From positions 50,530,001 through 50,594,000 of the forward strand of contig OX597816.1 in assembly GCA_951406725.2 (NCBI GenBank): a stretch of DNA of 64,000 nucleotides, given 5' to 3'. The stretch is from Octopus vulgaris (lineage: Eukaryota). The notes beneath the pieces were generated by a model. It was not told where the DNA came from. It was given only the letters and a program-made list of their open reading frames with translations, and did not search any database. Below are positions 27,485-40,053 of the stretch, piece after piece (the first letter of the stretch is position 1; every line of letters begins with the position of its first letter). The position numbers and the translations under genes are program-made.

Positions 27485-27701
27485 TATATGTATATGTGTG
27501 TGCGTGTGTGTATGTTTGTGTGTCTGTGTTTGTCCCCCAATATGGCTTGACAACCGATGCTGGTGTGTTTCCGTGCCCGTAACCTAGCGGTTCGGCAAAA
27601 GAGTCCGATAGAATAAGTCCTGGGGTCAATTTGCTCGATTAAAGGCAATGCTCCAGCTTGGCCACAGTAAAATGATTGAAACAAGTAAGAGTAAAAAAGA
27701 G
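27136..27701 (+). mobile_element. SINE family A with a duplicated partial head and expanded internal microsatellite
   Basis: Partial head 27136-27164, then full head from 27166; about 200-bp internal TA/CA/TG tract; standard tail. Confidence 0.88.
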
Positions 27702-28200
27702 TGTATTGTATTCTAAATCGAACCCGCAGTCGGCTTTCGACTTTTTGGCGATGTATATTTATATTCCTTACGTAATGAACAACCTTGCAAAATGAACGAA
27801 TGTCACAATTCGGAAAAGTAAATATTTTACTTTAATGTGGGCGGCCTATGCTTTTTGATAAAAAATAAAAAATACGCAGTAAAGAAAATAAAAGAATTAT
27901 TATAATGACATAATCTATATCTGACGGTAAATTTTTCTTTCAACCACATTTCAGGTATATTTATATCAAGTATATTACTGGAAAAATAAACTTAATATTT
28001 AGGAATAAATGTTGAGAATATATTACTAACAATACATTAATAGATATTCATAGATAGATCATTTTAAAATAAGATAAAGTGAATGTAGATACAGAGTTTG
28101 AATGGATGCTAATCATGCAATTATTTATGTCATATATTGATTTGTAACATAGATATAAAAATGTAAATTCTGAAAGAGGGTACACTATACTCAATTATAT

Positions 28201-28263
28201 GAACTTAGGAAGGAGAGTAGAAACCTAGGAAGGACGCTAGGAACCTAGGAAGGACAACAGGAA
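28201..28263. repeat. 3 x 20-bp imperfect minisatellite
   Basis: (G/A)AAC(C/T)TAGGAAGGA....AG at 28201, 28221 and 28241. Confidence 0.8.
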
Positions 28264-28359
28264 AAGTGGATTTCAATATTGATTTGAGCTTGTAAAGGTA
28301 TTTTCAAAATCAGAATTTTCCAACGCTACGGTTTCTAGCATTCGCTGTACAGAAATATA

Positions 28360-29204
28360 TACATGGTTTTCGGATTATATTTGACGATTCGCAAGAAGCA
28401 AAGAAGGAAAAGAAAACAATATTCGATCCAAAATTAAAGTGTTTTAAAAATAATTTTTAAAAAATCAATTATATTATGGCTGGGAGATAGCAATCTACTC
28501 AGAGTAGCAGCCTTCACCTTCCACCACAACATCAAGACCGCTCCGCGACCTGACGCATGCGTTCCTCACTGTATCCCTTGGGATATCTTCGAAAACTAAC
28601 TTGATGTTGGCAGTCAGCTTAGACTTGGCGTTATAGATAGAGCGGTTTTTATTTTTCTCTACCCTGCCGCGTTGAACCGTGTGAATTAGGAGGACAGATA
28701 GTGAAGTCGCTGAAATCCTCCAACTAACACCTTTGACACTTTCCGGAATATGACAAGAAACTAAGTCAGGCTCCCACACATATGGCCTTTCAGCAGCAAC
28801 ATCCTTCGGGCAGAGGTGGCCTACAGTCTCTAGGAGCTTCACAGGCCTGTTCAAAGACTTGGGGCGGCATGCCGTTACCCTTACTGGAGACATATCCAAA
28901 TACCTATATAGTTTGGATGAACGTGGTTTTCATGACAACTATGTGACGTCTAGCTGTCTTTACTGTGAAAACGCAGCATTGGGCAGCAGTCATGATATAG
29001 GGCTTGTGATGCTCATCTCGAGGAATCATGTTACAGGTAACTCTTTTCCACTAGTCAGATGGATTCCAGTCCTACATGTCAGTTAACTTTTCCTCAACTT
29101 TAACATTTATGCTCATAAATGTCGTTGATTTGCACCTATACACCAAGCTGTTCCTTGTAAAAGGAGACAATGTATCGTGAAATTTAGCCCGAACATCCCG
29201 GGTA
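28360..29204 (-). mobile_element. Internally deleted Tc1/mariner-superfamily element (maT/DD37D-like)
   Basis: TIRs TACATGGTTTTCGGATTATATTTGACGA / TCGTGAAATTTAGCCCGAACATCCCGGGTA; ORF 28495-28899 with RPYVWEPDLVSCH (YVxQQDSAPxH-like) and DTVRNACVRSRSGLDVVVEGEGCY C-terminus. Confidence 0.75.
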
Positions 29205-29285
29205 TATGTAGAGAAGTACACATACACACACACACGCACACACAAACACACATACACACACACACATACACACGCACAGACATAT

Positions 29286-29487
29286 AGTTAATCGAAACAT
29301 GAACAAAGAGAAAACACAACAACGCGAGGACGTGGAACAAGTATAGTGTTATTGGACGCCCTGGAAAGGAAAGAAAGAAGGAAGACTTAACATTTCGAGC
29401 GGAAATCTTCGTCAGAAACATAGAAAAAGGAAAGGTCCAAGGAAGGGAAAACGGAGAAAGAAAATCGCCAACAATACAAACGCGGTC

Positions 29488-29490
<3 letters not shown>
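29286..29490 (-). mobile_element. Penelope-like terminal-repeat fragment with hammerhead core
   Basis: Minus strand 29388-29421: CTGACGA-A-GAtttccGCTC-GAAA-TGTT; flanked by microsatellites; paralog at 25535. Confidence 0.6.
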
Positions 29491-29558
<68 letters not shown>

Positions 29559-29852
29559 GAGAGAGAGAGACAGAGGGAGGGAGAGCGAGAGAGCGAATGC
29601 ACTTCCCTCATCATACCACCGATATTTTCCATGATGAATGTTGCCAGCTAGGTGCTAGTATTTCCGTGCTCATTGTTCTTCGAACGTAAAAACCGGTAAA
29701 GTATAACTGTAAGGTACGATTTTCGAAGCTCTAAAAGTCCTGCTACTCTATCGCCTTTGTTACGTACTTATTGTTATTATTGATTTGCTCAGAAATGAGG
29801 AAAAGCATTATTCGAAATTAGGGCGAAGTTGCTTGGAACAAATTGCAAGAAA

Positions 29853-30420
29853 TATTGGGTTGTCCGGAAAGTTCGTGCCGATTTATAGTAGCTTACCTTT
29901 CGACTTATTTTACAACATGGTTGATTCCATAACATAGGATTTGACTACACCTCTATTCAGAGCACAGTTTAAGTTGTCTTTTCGTGGAAGCAGGTTTATG
30001 TTCCTATAACCTGTGTTAATTCTGTAATCCTTTAAAATTGGAAATAAGAGAGTTCATTTTTGGCACTTGATGCTTTGGGAACCAGACAAAAATTGCTGCA
30101 GCTCGCTGCGATGTGTTACTCCACCCTTCATATTCACCAGATATTTCTCCTTCGGATTTCCACTTATTCAGGTCTCTGCAGAATAGTCTTATGGTAAAAA
30201 TTTCAATTCCTTGGATGACGTAAAAAGATACCTTGATGAATTCTTTGACATGAAACTACCTCAATTCTGGGAAGAGGGTATTTTCAAGTTAAAGGAAAGA
30301 TGGAGATGCACTGTGCAACAAAATGGTTCATATTTGGTTGATTAAAAATGTAATGGCAAGTATTCATTGACCTTTTTCTTTCCTTTAAAAATCAGCACGA
30401 ACATCCTGGACAACCCAATA
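29853..30420 (+). mobile_element. Non-autonomous mariner deletion derivative
   Basis: TA-flanked TIRs TTGGGTTGTCCGGAAAGTTCGTGCCGATTT; retains the PPSYSPDISPSDFHLF C-terminal remnant; paralog at 57334-57885. Confidence 0.92.
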
Positions 30421-32037
30421 TTATATCAAAGCTGCTATACTAATGCGCTACATCAATCATGGAAAACAATTTTGATTTTATCGGGATCGGAACTGTGATC
30501 CGAAACGACCGCAACTAAATACTACTAGGTCTGTTTTCTGGTACATTATTGTTTTCACCACCCACCGCTCAGTTAATTTCAAACAATAATAAATAATTCA
30601 ACAACAGCTGCTCTGACAGAAACTGCATAATTGTTTGAAATGAAATCGGCTTTCTTGGTGTTGGCAATCAATTTAATATTTTCTTGATTATAGTTTTGGC
30701 ATTAATCTATCTGCAGATGATGTGTCATAGATGGGAAGAATAAACAAGGAACTGTAAGTTATATATACGTGTGTGTGTATGCATATATATATATATATTT
30801 ATATGAATCTTTTACTTTCTCCTCAGCCACATACACACACACATACACACAGACATATATTGTGTTAAAGCCATCACTTGTGTTAAAATATTAGGGTGTG
30901 AAGGAACAGAGAATTATAAATTCAGATGTGGGAAATATGTTTAATGTGAGACGTAAAGAAACGCGGAACACATTGTTAACTCGCAGCTGTAAACGATGTA
31001 ATACGTTCGTTAGATGTGTAGGAACAGCTATAATTTCCTTTCATTTTTCGTCATAATGCTATCGCCACTGGATTTCAGGTCACCTAATATATACAGAGAT
31101 GTAAGGAAATGTTAATTAACATTACCATTAATAAAAGTACCGAGCAGATGACTGTAGGCTAAATTCACATTGGAAAGTGTTTCATATATGTAATATAATG
31201 GGTTGATTAACTTCAATTAGCTGAAACTACATTTGCAATTAAAAGGCAAAAACTCCCGTAAGGGGGCGTTGAAAATCTTATGGACACAAGCAAGGAAGAC
31301 ACCTCCAATATTATTAATTAATTCGAGGTTCTGGAGAATTATTACAATTCATTTACGAGTGGAAACTAAAATTAAAACCAATAGAAGAAAATAACTTGTA
31401 ATATTTCAGCAGCGAAAGATATTCATCTTAGATGACAAGATTAAAAGGTAATCAATTCTGCACATACATGAGTGCAGGCCTTTGGAGAGAACTTTGAGAT
31501 GAAAAAGACAAACAGCTGCTCATGCATGCTCCTCTCCCCTTTCCATTCTCTTCAAACTTATCTAATTGAAAGTATCTCAGCTTTTACCGATAAAACTTGG
31601 TTCCGGTGTTGTCTAAAGTGTTAGACATAGAATGCAAAGAGCCAGTGTATATGTCGCAAAACCTCTCAGTCAGCTCTCTAGTATTCTCTCTATTTCAATG
31701 ACCTGAATTGGTGCTAATAGAGAAAACCCCAAAAGAATGACCGCCAAATTTGATCGAGTCATGATTTCAACTGAGTCGGAACAAATATAATACCTAATTT
31801 TATCCATAACTCTAACGACTGACAAATAACCACCTGAGAAGTTATCAATATATACAGAAATGAGGGGAATTAATGACGAATGTAGTGTATATCAATAAAA
31901 TGCCGAACAGAAAGTACCACAATGTGGTGTTCCGAAAACTCACAAACACCTGGGATCATTTATGGAATTAAAAAACATAAATTACCAGTTAATATGTTTA
32001 AAATGTAAACGCACCAGATATGGGTGATAATTGTAAT

Positions 32038-32367
32038 CTTAGGAGTACTCCGTCGGTTGCGACGACGAGGGTCTCTGCTGATACGATCAACGGAACAGCT
32101 TGCTCATGAAATTAACGTGTAAGAGGCTGTGTACTCTACAAACACGTGTACCCTTAACGTAGTTCTCGGGGATATTCAGCGTGACACACTGTGTGACAAG
32201 GCTAGCCCTTTGAAATACCGGTACTACTCATTTTTGCCAGCTGAGTGAACTGGAGCAACGTGAAATAAAGTGTCTTGCTCAAGGACACAACGCGTCACCG
32301 GGAATTGAACTCACGACCTTACGATCATGAGCCGAATGCCCCCAACCACTAAGCCAAATGCCTTCAC
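32038..32367 (-). mobile_element. tRNA-derived SINE family C
   Basis: A box TGGCTTAGTGG, B box GAGTTCAATTCC, body CCTTGAGCAAGACAC...; TSD GAT(A/G)ATTGTAAT at 32026-32037 and 32368-32379. Confidence 0.85.
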
Positions 32368-32566
32368 GATGATTGTAATATCATCTGCTAATCCAAATGT
32401 TTGTAAAAATAAAGACAGAGAAGTTAGAAGTGTGTCTGTTCATTAAATAGAACTGCTAGAGTACGGAATCTAACATGTTCGAATTATGATCGATTCTTTC
32501 GCCTGCCGGCTGCATTCCATTTTCTATATCTACGTCAAAAATCACTCACTAATATTACTAGTGTTA

Positions 32567-32950
32567 AAGGTGGTGAGCTTGACACGATGAATTTAGCACA
32601 TCGAGCATAAAACTTAGCGGCATTTTATCCGTCTTTAAGTTCTAAGTTCAAATTCCGCTGCTGTCGACGTTGCATTTCATACTTTCGGGGTTGATAAAAT
32701 AAGTACCAGTTCAACACTAGGGTCTATGTAACTGACTTGCCTCTGCCTCGGAATTACTGGTCTTGTGCCAAAATACGAAACCAATATTACTAATGTTTGA
32801 CGTAAGGCGGTGAGCTGATAGAACCTTTATCATGCCTGGCATTACGTCTGTTTTTACGTTCTGAGTGCAAACTGCATTGAGCGCTCCGGTCGATTAATCA
32901 AGTAAACCCTTTTTCCGAACTTACTGATCTTGTTCGAAAATTTGAGACGA
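32567..32950 (+). mobile_element. Two tandem old SINE-B monomers
   Basis: Heads AAGG(T/C)GGTGAGCT at about 32567 and 32804; bracketed and separated by AATATTACTA(G/A)TGTT. Confidence 0.75.
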
Positions 32951-35665
32951 ATATTACTAATGTTTAGTGCAAATAAATACACAGCATTTTAGAGAGGTTT
33001 CTCTTTTTTTAAACTGTATTGTCAAAAGGAAAACGGTTGTTACCCCCGGATAATCTTCTGTGAAGGTGGGGAAGAGAAATATTTCATAAGCTGGAAACCT
33101 AGCCCAGCTGGAAAATTGGCCAGTTGATGGTGCCAAATAAGGCCACTAATTAATGTACCACCCAAACAGATTATGACGGGACTGAAAATGTAAAGTAAAA
33201 GGATAAATCTGACAAGACATCTGGTCTGACCTTCTTACAGTTCTGTCTATCTACCACTCTGGAGTATTCTTTTTCATCGATATCCGGTGAATAAATAACA
33301 TAGATACAATTGATAGGATTTGAAATCAAAACACAGAAAGTTGGAATAACTTCGAGGAGATGAATTCAAGCACTCATCCTCTAATTTTATTGATCTTCGA
33401 CTTCTAAATACGCAATGTTTCTACCAGCAAAATTCGTTCTCAGCATGCAAAAGGGAAAATAAAATAAATGCTTGATGACATTTAATTTGGCGCTCTTCCG
33501 ACTGTGCTAATAGAACTCCTTCGTTATACAATAAATTTAAGACATTTCTCTATTGTCTGCTACTCTTATTCTAATGAGATCTATTCAAATAATAACGGGT
33601 TGAACAACCAATTCATTTTAAAGAGGCGGTGGGACGCATAATTGGTAATGCAAAAGATGTTCAAAAACAACCAGGGAAAGAACCACAAAAAATGTTCTGA
33701 TAAAATACAATGTCCACCAATATATTGCTCAACTACTGTTCATCCCTGCATAATGAATACTAAATATACACACATCTAATATTAGTTGCATATCAGGGAT
33801 TAGCTGATCTTTAAATAGTAAGTATCTAGTTTATATTAGTAGTGTTTCCATGCGAACCGTATCAAAACAATTAAAATCAACCATAGTTTTATGGAGATAT
33901 GGATTTTTCTGATTATATATTTGCACGAAGAGGGTTGTTTCCGGTTTCGCATACGTACGTATTTGTAAATTATATTTTCAGTTCAAAAACGAAAATAATA
34001 ATAAAAAATAAATAAACGATAAGGAAAGAAAAAAAGCAATGGCAGAAAAGTCATAAAGCCATTATTTCAAATCTATCCAAACGCGCAGTGCGTATAAACA
34101 AATAGATAAATGTTAAAAGGAACACAAAACATAATACACTTACAGATTAAATGCACCTGCTCAGAGATATTAATAATGCAAAGCAAAAAAGAAAACTAGT
34201 TACAATGAAGTTGACTGACTGGAAAGTTAAATCAGCGCTTGTACGGTGTAAAATGGTGCAATGTAATAAATCAAGATATTGTCGAAAGAAAACAATATCG
34301 TGAAAATATTGCATAATTAATGCAATAAATTAACACTTTGGACTATCTCACTTTCTCACATAGAAATGCACATATGCATGCGCGTATTCTTACACTAGCT
34401 ACCGCCACACATTCCTCTGCCGTTCCTTCTCTCTCTTTCCCTCCCTCTTTTTCCCGACTTTTTGCATATATACATGCATACACGCATACATGCATACACG
34501 CATACATGCATACATATGTTCATACATACATGAATACATATGTATACATGTATATGCATAAATGCATATATATACATTTACATGTAGGAACACTCGCTTA
34601 TTTCCCGGTTTCTATGGCGTATGTGTACCCCCCCCCCAGCCGGACGGGACTCCAGTCCATCGCAGCGTTACTCCAGAAACAGGAAGAAAGCGTAAGAGAA
34701 AATTAACCTGCATAAATAATTTTCTTAAAACATATAGAATTAAATTAAAGGACCTTTTGATGAAGATTCATAGATGGACATAGAACAGGTAGAATCTGAA
34801 CGATAAAGTATCTATTCATTCTTAATATGTGCAGGCAGATTCGAACGTGAATATCTGGTTGTTATTGCTTTTCCTAGCGGGAAAAAAATAAGTAGAAAAC
34901 AATAGTAAAATACAATTGACCAGGGTGCCACGCCATGGGACTGAACCCGGAGCCATGTACTTTGTAAGCAATCTACTAACCACACAAACACTCCCCCTGT
35001 GCAATTTTTGTTTGTAGTATATCAGACCTCTTAAATGAGTCTTTGTGACTGTTGCATCTTTTCGTTTCGTTACTTTCCCTATCCACGAATACCACCTAAC
35101 CGTCTTTGTTTCCGTAACCAATTCTTTCTTTATATACTCATACTTATAATTCATGTGACAAAAGCAGAATTTGATTCGAGAACGTAAAGACAGACAAAAT
35201 GCCACTAAGCATTTTCGCCGGCCTGCTAACGATTCTACCAGCACGCCACCTTGCTTCTGATTAATTTTTTGTTCTATTACATACGACGACATGGATACTA
35301 TGCATGGAAATGCCCCAAATGTGCAGGAAGCATCGAAAACTTTGTGTGTGTATGTGTGTTTGTGTCTGTGTGTGTGTGCGTGTGTTTGTATGTGTGTGTT
35401 TGTGTGTGTGTTAATTTAGTTGAAAACCCCCGTAGATGTCTTCTACTTGCATATGTTTATTTATCTCTCCTTTGTTGATATTCACACGAGTCTTACCTTC
35501 CATCGACCACACATGCTTTTGTGATACATTTGGATGTGCAGACGACATATTGAGATCCGCTCAAACAATCACGTAACCATTCTGGAAACAGCTCTAAAGA
35601 CGACATGCATAACTATTGCCAATCCAATCAAAGGATCTTTACGAGTGACTATCAATTTGCTTCAC

Positions 35666-36272
<607 letters not shown>

Positions 36273-38503
36273 ACACCGGACATAAACATGAAACACAAAC
36301 ACTTCATGTCCATAATACAAGCCATATGTGACAAATATGTCCCAATGTGCAGGGCCAGCACACACAAGAATAAAAACAGGATCCCTAGAGAAAGGAGGAT
36401 TCTTATGAGACGACGGACAAGGATTGCAAACCGCCTGAGCAAGCACACCAAAAGTGGTGAGAAGTCTCGGCTCGAAAGAATGCTAATGGAAACTGAGAAA
36501 AGTCTACATCAGTCCCATGAAAAGGAGAGAGCAGATAAAGAAGCTTGGGTAATAGAAAATATAAAATCAAACCCTAAAGCTTTCTTTAAGTTTGCCAAAG
36601 AGACAGCCACAGTGCACCAGAGAATAGGACCTCTCTTCCAAAAAGATGGCTCTCTCACAGGAAATCCCACGAGGATAAGTGAAATACTGAACGAACAGTT
36701 CCAAAGTGTGTTCACTACACCTCTAGGACACAGGCAAGTAAACAACCCAGAAGAATTCTTTGCCACTTTACCAGCGGCCAAAGAGACAAAAATTGAGTAC
36801 ATCAACATCGAAGAAGATGATATCACACTAGCCATTGATGAGATTGACACAAACTCAGCTGCTGGACCTGATGGATTCCCAGCGATCCTTCTCAAATCGT
36901 GCAAACGAGCCCTTGCAAAACCGCTACAGCTTCTTTTTCAGAGCTTTCTTGCAAGTGGTAAGCTCCCAGTCAAACTGAAAGAGGGGGTAATATGCCCTAT
37001 CCATAAGGGAGGTAGCAGAGCAGATGCTAAAAATTATAGGCCTATCTCTCTGACCTCACACATCAGCAAAGTCATGGAACGAATAGTCCGTAAGAAACTA
37101 ATCATGTTCCTTGAAGAAAATGACTTACTGTCTGACACCCAGCATGGATTTCGACCAGGTAGAGGCTGCCTAACACAGCTCCTGCAACACTATGACTGGG
37201 TGTTGAAACAGCTACTAAATGGCTCAAATGTGGATGTAATATATCTTGACTTTGCAAAAGCCTTTGATAAAGTCGACCATGGTATGATCTGTCACAAACT
37301 GCGTGGTCTCGGCATAGGCGGGAAACTTGGAGAGTGGCTGCACAACTTCCTAAAAGACAGAAAACAGGCAGTTGTGAGCAATGGAGCCACCTCCAGGGAA
37401 ACGCAAATAACAAGCGGTGTCCCACAGGGCACTGTCTTGGGGCCACTGATGTTCATAGTGGCCCTTTCAGACATGCCTTCAGTTGCTACGATGACCACCC
37501 TTGCTAGCTATGCAGATGACACAAAAGTCTCCCACGCAATACAAAACCCTGAAAATATTGCGCATCTGCAACATGAGCTGGACACAATATACAGGTGGGC
37601 TGAGGACAACAACATGCAGTTTAATGCAGGTAAGTTCCAGGCCCTGCGCTACTGGCACACAAAGGTAAATGACGTGAAGACTGGATACACTGGCCCAGGA
37701 AGAATTGCAATCCCTGAGTCAAAATCAGTGCGTGACCTGGGCATTGACATGAGCAATGATGCATCTTTCCAAATGCATATTGCTAATCTGGTGATAAAAT
37801 GCAGACGGCTAGCTGGATGGATTCTCCGAACTTTCAGAACAAGAGAGAAGGAGACACTGATGGTCCTATGGAAAACATTTGTCCTCAGCCGCTTGGACTA
37901 CTGCTCCCAACTTTGGTCACCACACAATATAAAACAAACAGCAGAACTCGAAGCAACTCAGAGAAGCTACACAAAGAAAATCGTCTCAATGCAAAATGTC
38001 AGCTACTGGGAAAGACTGAAGGTATTAAACCTCTTCTCCCTGGAGCGGAGGCGGGAGAGATATGCAGTGATATACATCTGGAAAATCCTGGAGGGTCTTG
38101 TCCCAAACTTTGGCATTCAAAGTTACTCCAACCGCAGAACAGGGCGCCGCTGCGTGGTGCCAAGGATTCCAACATCACCATCAAAATACAGGTCCAGATA
38201 CTGCAACAGCTTGGGTTTCAGAGGACCACAGCTCTTTAACATCCTCCCTAAATGCCTGAGAGACTTACATGGTGTGGATGTGGGTTTCTTTAAAACTAAA
38301 CTGGATCTCTTCTTGTTGGGAGTCCCAGATGAACCTACCTCACGACAGGAGACACGGATGCGGGCAGCAGCATCGAACTCCCTTGTTGATCAAGTGCCAC
38401 GTATCAGAGGTGGATTCACAAACTAGTGTAGCTCATTCAGCGGTGGTGCCCCAGCATGGCCGCGGCCTTCGGGCTAAAACATTTTTAAGGATTTAAGGAT
38501 TTA
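36273..38503 (+). mobile_element. Young 5'-truncated CR1-group LINE
   Basis: Uninterrupted RT ORF, short 3' UTR with a hairpin, tandem tail TTTAAGGATTTAAGGATTTA running into (TA)n; endonuclease domain absent. Confidence 0.92.
36288..38426 (+). CDS. Non-LTR retrotransposon reverse transcriptase (ORF2 lacking the APE endonuclease domain), 712 aa
   Basis: GPDGFP, NYRPISLTS, QHGFRPGR, YLDFAKAFDKVDH, GVPQGTVLGP, YADD, RDLGI, LERRR motifs; no stops. The N-terminus is post-endonuclease linker (ICDKYVP), with an in-frame stop at 36267 just inside the inverted arm. Confidence 0.95.
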   Translation: MKHKHFMSIIQAICDKYVPMCRASTHKNKNRIPRERRILMRRRTRIANRLSKHTKSGEKSRLERMLMETEKSLHQSHEKERADKEAWVIENIKSNPKAFFKFAKETATVHQRIGPLFQKDGSLTGNPTRISEILNEQFQSVFTTPLGHRQVNNPEEFFATLPAAKETKIEYINIEEDDITLAIDEIDTNSAAGPDGFPAILLKSCKRALAKPLQLLFQSFLASGKLPVKLKEGVICPIHKGGSRADAKNYRPISLTSHISKVMERIVRKKLIMFLEENDLLSDTQHGFRPGRGCLTQLLQHYDWVLKQLLNGSNVDVIYLDFAKAFDKVDHGMICHKLRGLGIGGKLGEWLHNFLKDRKQAVVSNGATSRETQITSGVPQGTVLGPLMFIVALSDMPSVATMTTLASYADDTKVSHAIQNPENIAHLQHELDTIYRWAEDNNMQFNAGKFQALRYWHTKVNDVKTGYTGPGRIAIPESKSVRDLGIDMSNDASFQMHIANLVIKCRRLAGWILRTFRTREKETLMVLWKTFVLSRLDYCSQLWSPHNIKQTAELEATQRSYTKKIVSMQNVSYWERLKVLNLFSLERRRERYAVIYIWKILEGLVPNFGIQSYSNRRTGRRCVVPRIPTSPSKYRSRYCNSLGFRGPQLFNILPKCLRDLHGVDVGFFKTKLDLFLLGVPDEPTSRQETRMRAAASNSLVDQVPRIRGGFTN

Positions 38504-38505
38504 TA

Positions 38506-38542
<37 letters not shown>

Positions 38543-38628
38543 TTATATATATATATATATGAATATACATATACATATATATATATATACACATATATAT
38601 ATGTATATATATATATATATATATATGC

Positions 38629-38688
<60 letters not shown>

Positions 38689-39612
38689 CATGTATAAGTG
38701 TATAAGTTTAAATATCTGTTAAACTGTTTTCATGCCCTGACTGGCTGTTTAAGCTTTTGTCCCAATTTTCTATGTATAGGAACGCGTGTCTGCATACATA
38801 CATACACACACGCATAAATATATATAAATGTTTCTTTGTGCTCATATACATGTATACACATGTGTGTGTGGAAGATAAACCTTTTAAACTTAAAATATTT
38901 CAATTCCTCAACACCCTGCAAATAATAGTTATTAAATATTAAATGTCACGTTTGAACGCATTACTTCCTATTGTCATCGATTCAGAAAACGTTCTCGTAT
39001 ATTATATTTATGAATACTTCAAAGTGTACATGAATATTTCAGAGACGTTGCATTTCTTTATATATTCATCAATCGAAAATCAACTTTGCTGGTTTCTATT
39101 AATCCATTAAATAGCACAAATGCAAAAATTACATTGCATATTTTCGTTTTGAAATGCATTCATGCAAAAGAAATGAAATAACGTAGGAATATAACGAGTA
39201 CAATCACTATAAAGAAATAATAACAGAATGCAAAAATTCTTAAAGTAATTTCATTTGTGCATGAGCATTTCTTCTTGATATTTCATGGTTATTGAGTATG
39301 GGTGAAAGGGATATCGTCAGGATAAAATTTCATATCGAAGAATCATTGCAGCCATCGTGTGTGTGTGTGTTCAGCACAGGTAGAGTTATAGTGGTGCTGT
39401 CAGAAATACTATAAACCTATAGAAGACGATGGTAATAAGGCAGTGGTGTGGTTAGTGTTAGCAATGTGATTTCACATGTGTTACACTTCTTTAGCAGGAA
39501 AAAAAAAGTAATTACGATAATAGGTCCATATTTTTTGCGTATTGTGTGGGAATAGCTTCTCCAGAATATCGGTTTATGGATTACAACATGATGATATTTT
39601 CTGTACTACATG

Positions 39613-39679
<67 letters not shown>

Positions 39680-40053
39680 GGGGGGGGGGTTGTGCGTACA
39701 CGTGTGTGTATTTATGTGGTGTATGTATTTCTTTGTGATCATATTTACGCCACATGACCGAAATCTTGGCGTTGAAACATGAAATGCGTATAATTATATA
39801 ATCCAGTACTACATGATCTTTAACTGGTGAGAAAAAGAAGTGAAGAAAGATATTGATTAGAGAGAAAAATTGAATAATACAGGCAAATATCGATCTTTAA
39901 AAAAGTACTGAAAATACACGGTTCAGTAACTGGCTAGTGTGATTGCACCTTCCCTTATGTACACAGCTGTTCTGAGATATAACATGGCAAATGTTACGAA
40001 GTTAATTTCTTTATGAAGATGTGGATTACGAGTTACCTAAAAATGTTCAAATA

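Noticed and set aside
28201-28263. Repeat-spacer look reminiscent of CRISPR
   Set aside because: 20-bp period with only about 4-5 variable nt, three units, no cas genes, eukaryotic context; it is a minisatellite.
32290-32367. tRNA-like sequence with A and B boxes (also the heads of SINE-A and SINE-B)
   Set aside because: Continues into a SINE body bounded by a TSD; no convincing cloverleaf, so not called as tRNA genes.
36509-38239. Overlapping and antisense ORFs inside the LINE
   Set aside because: Shadow frames of the RT ORF with no recognisable motifs.
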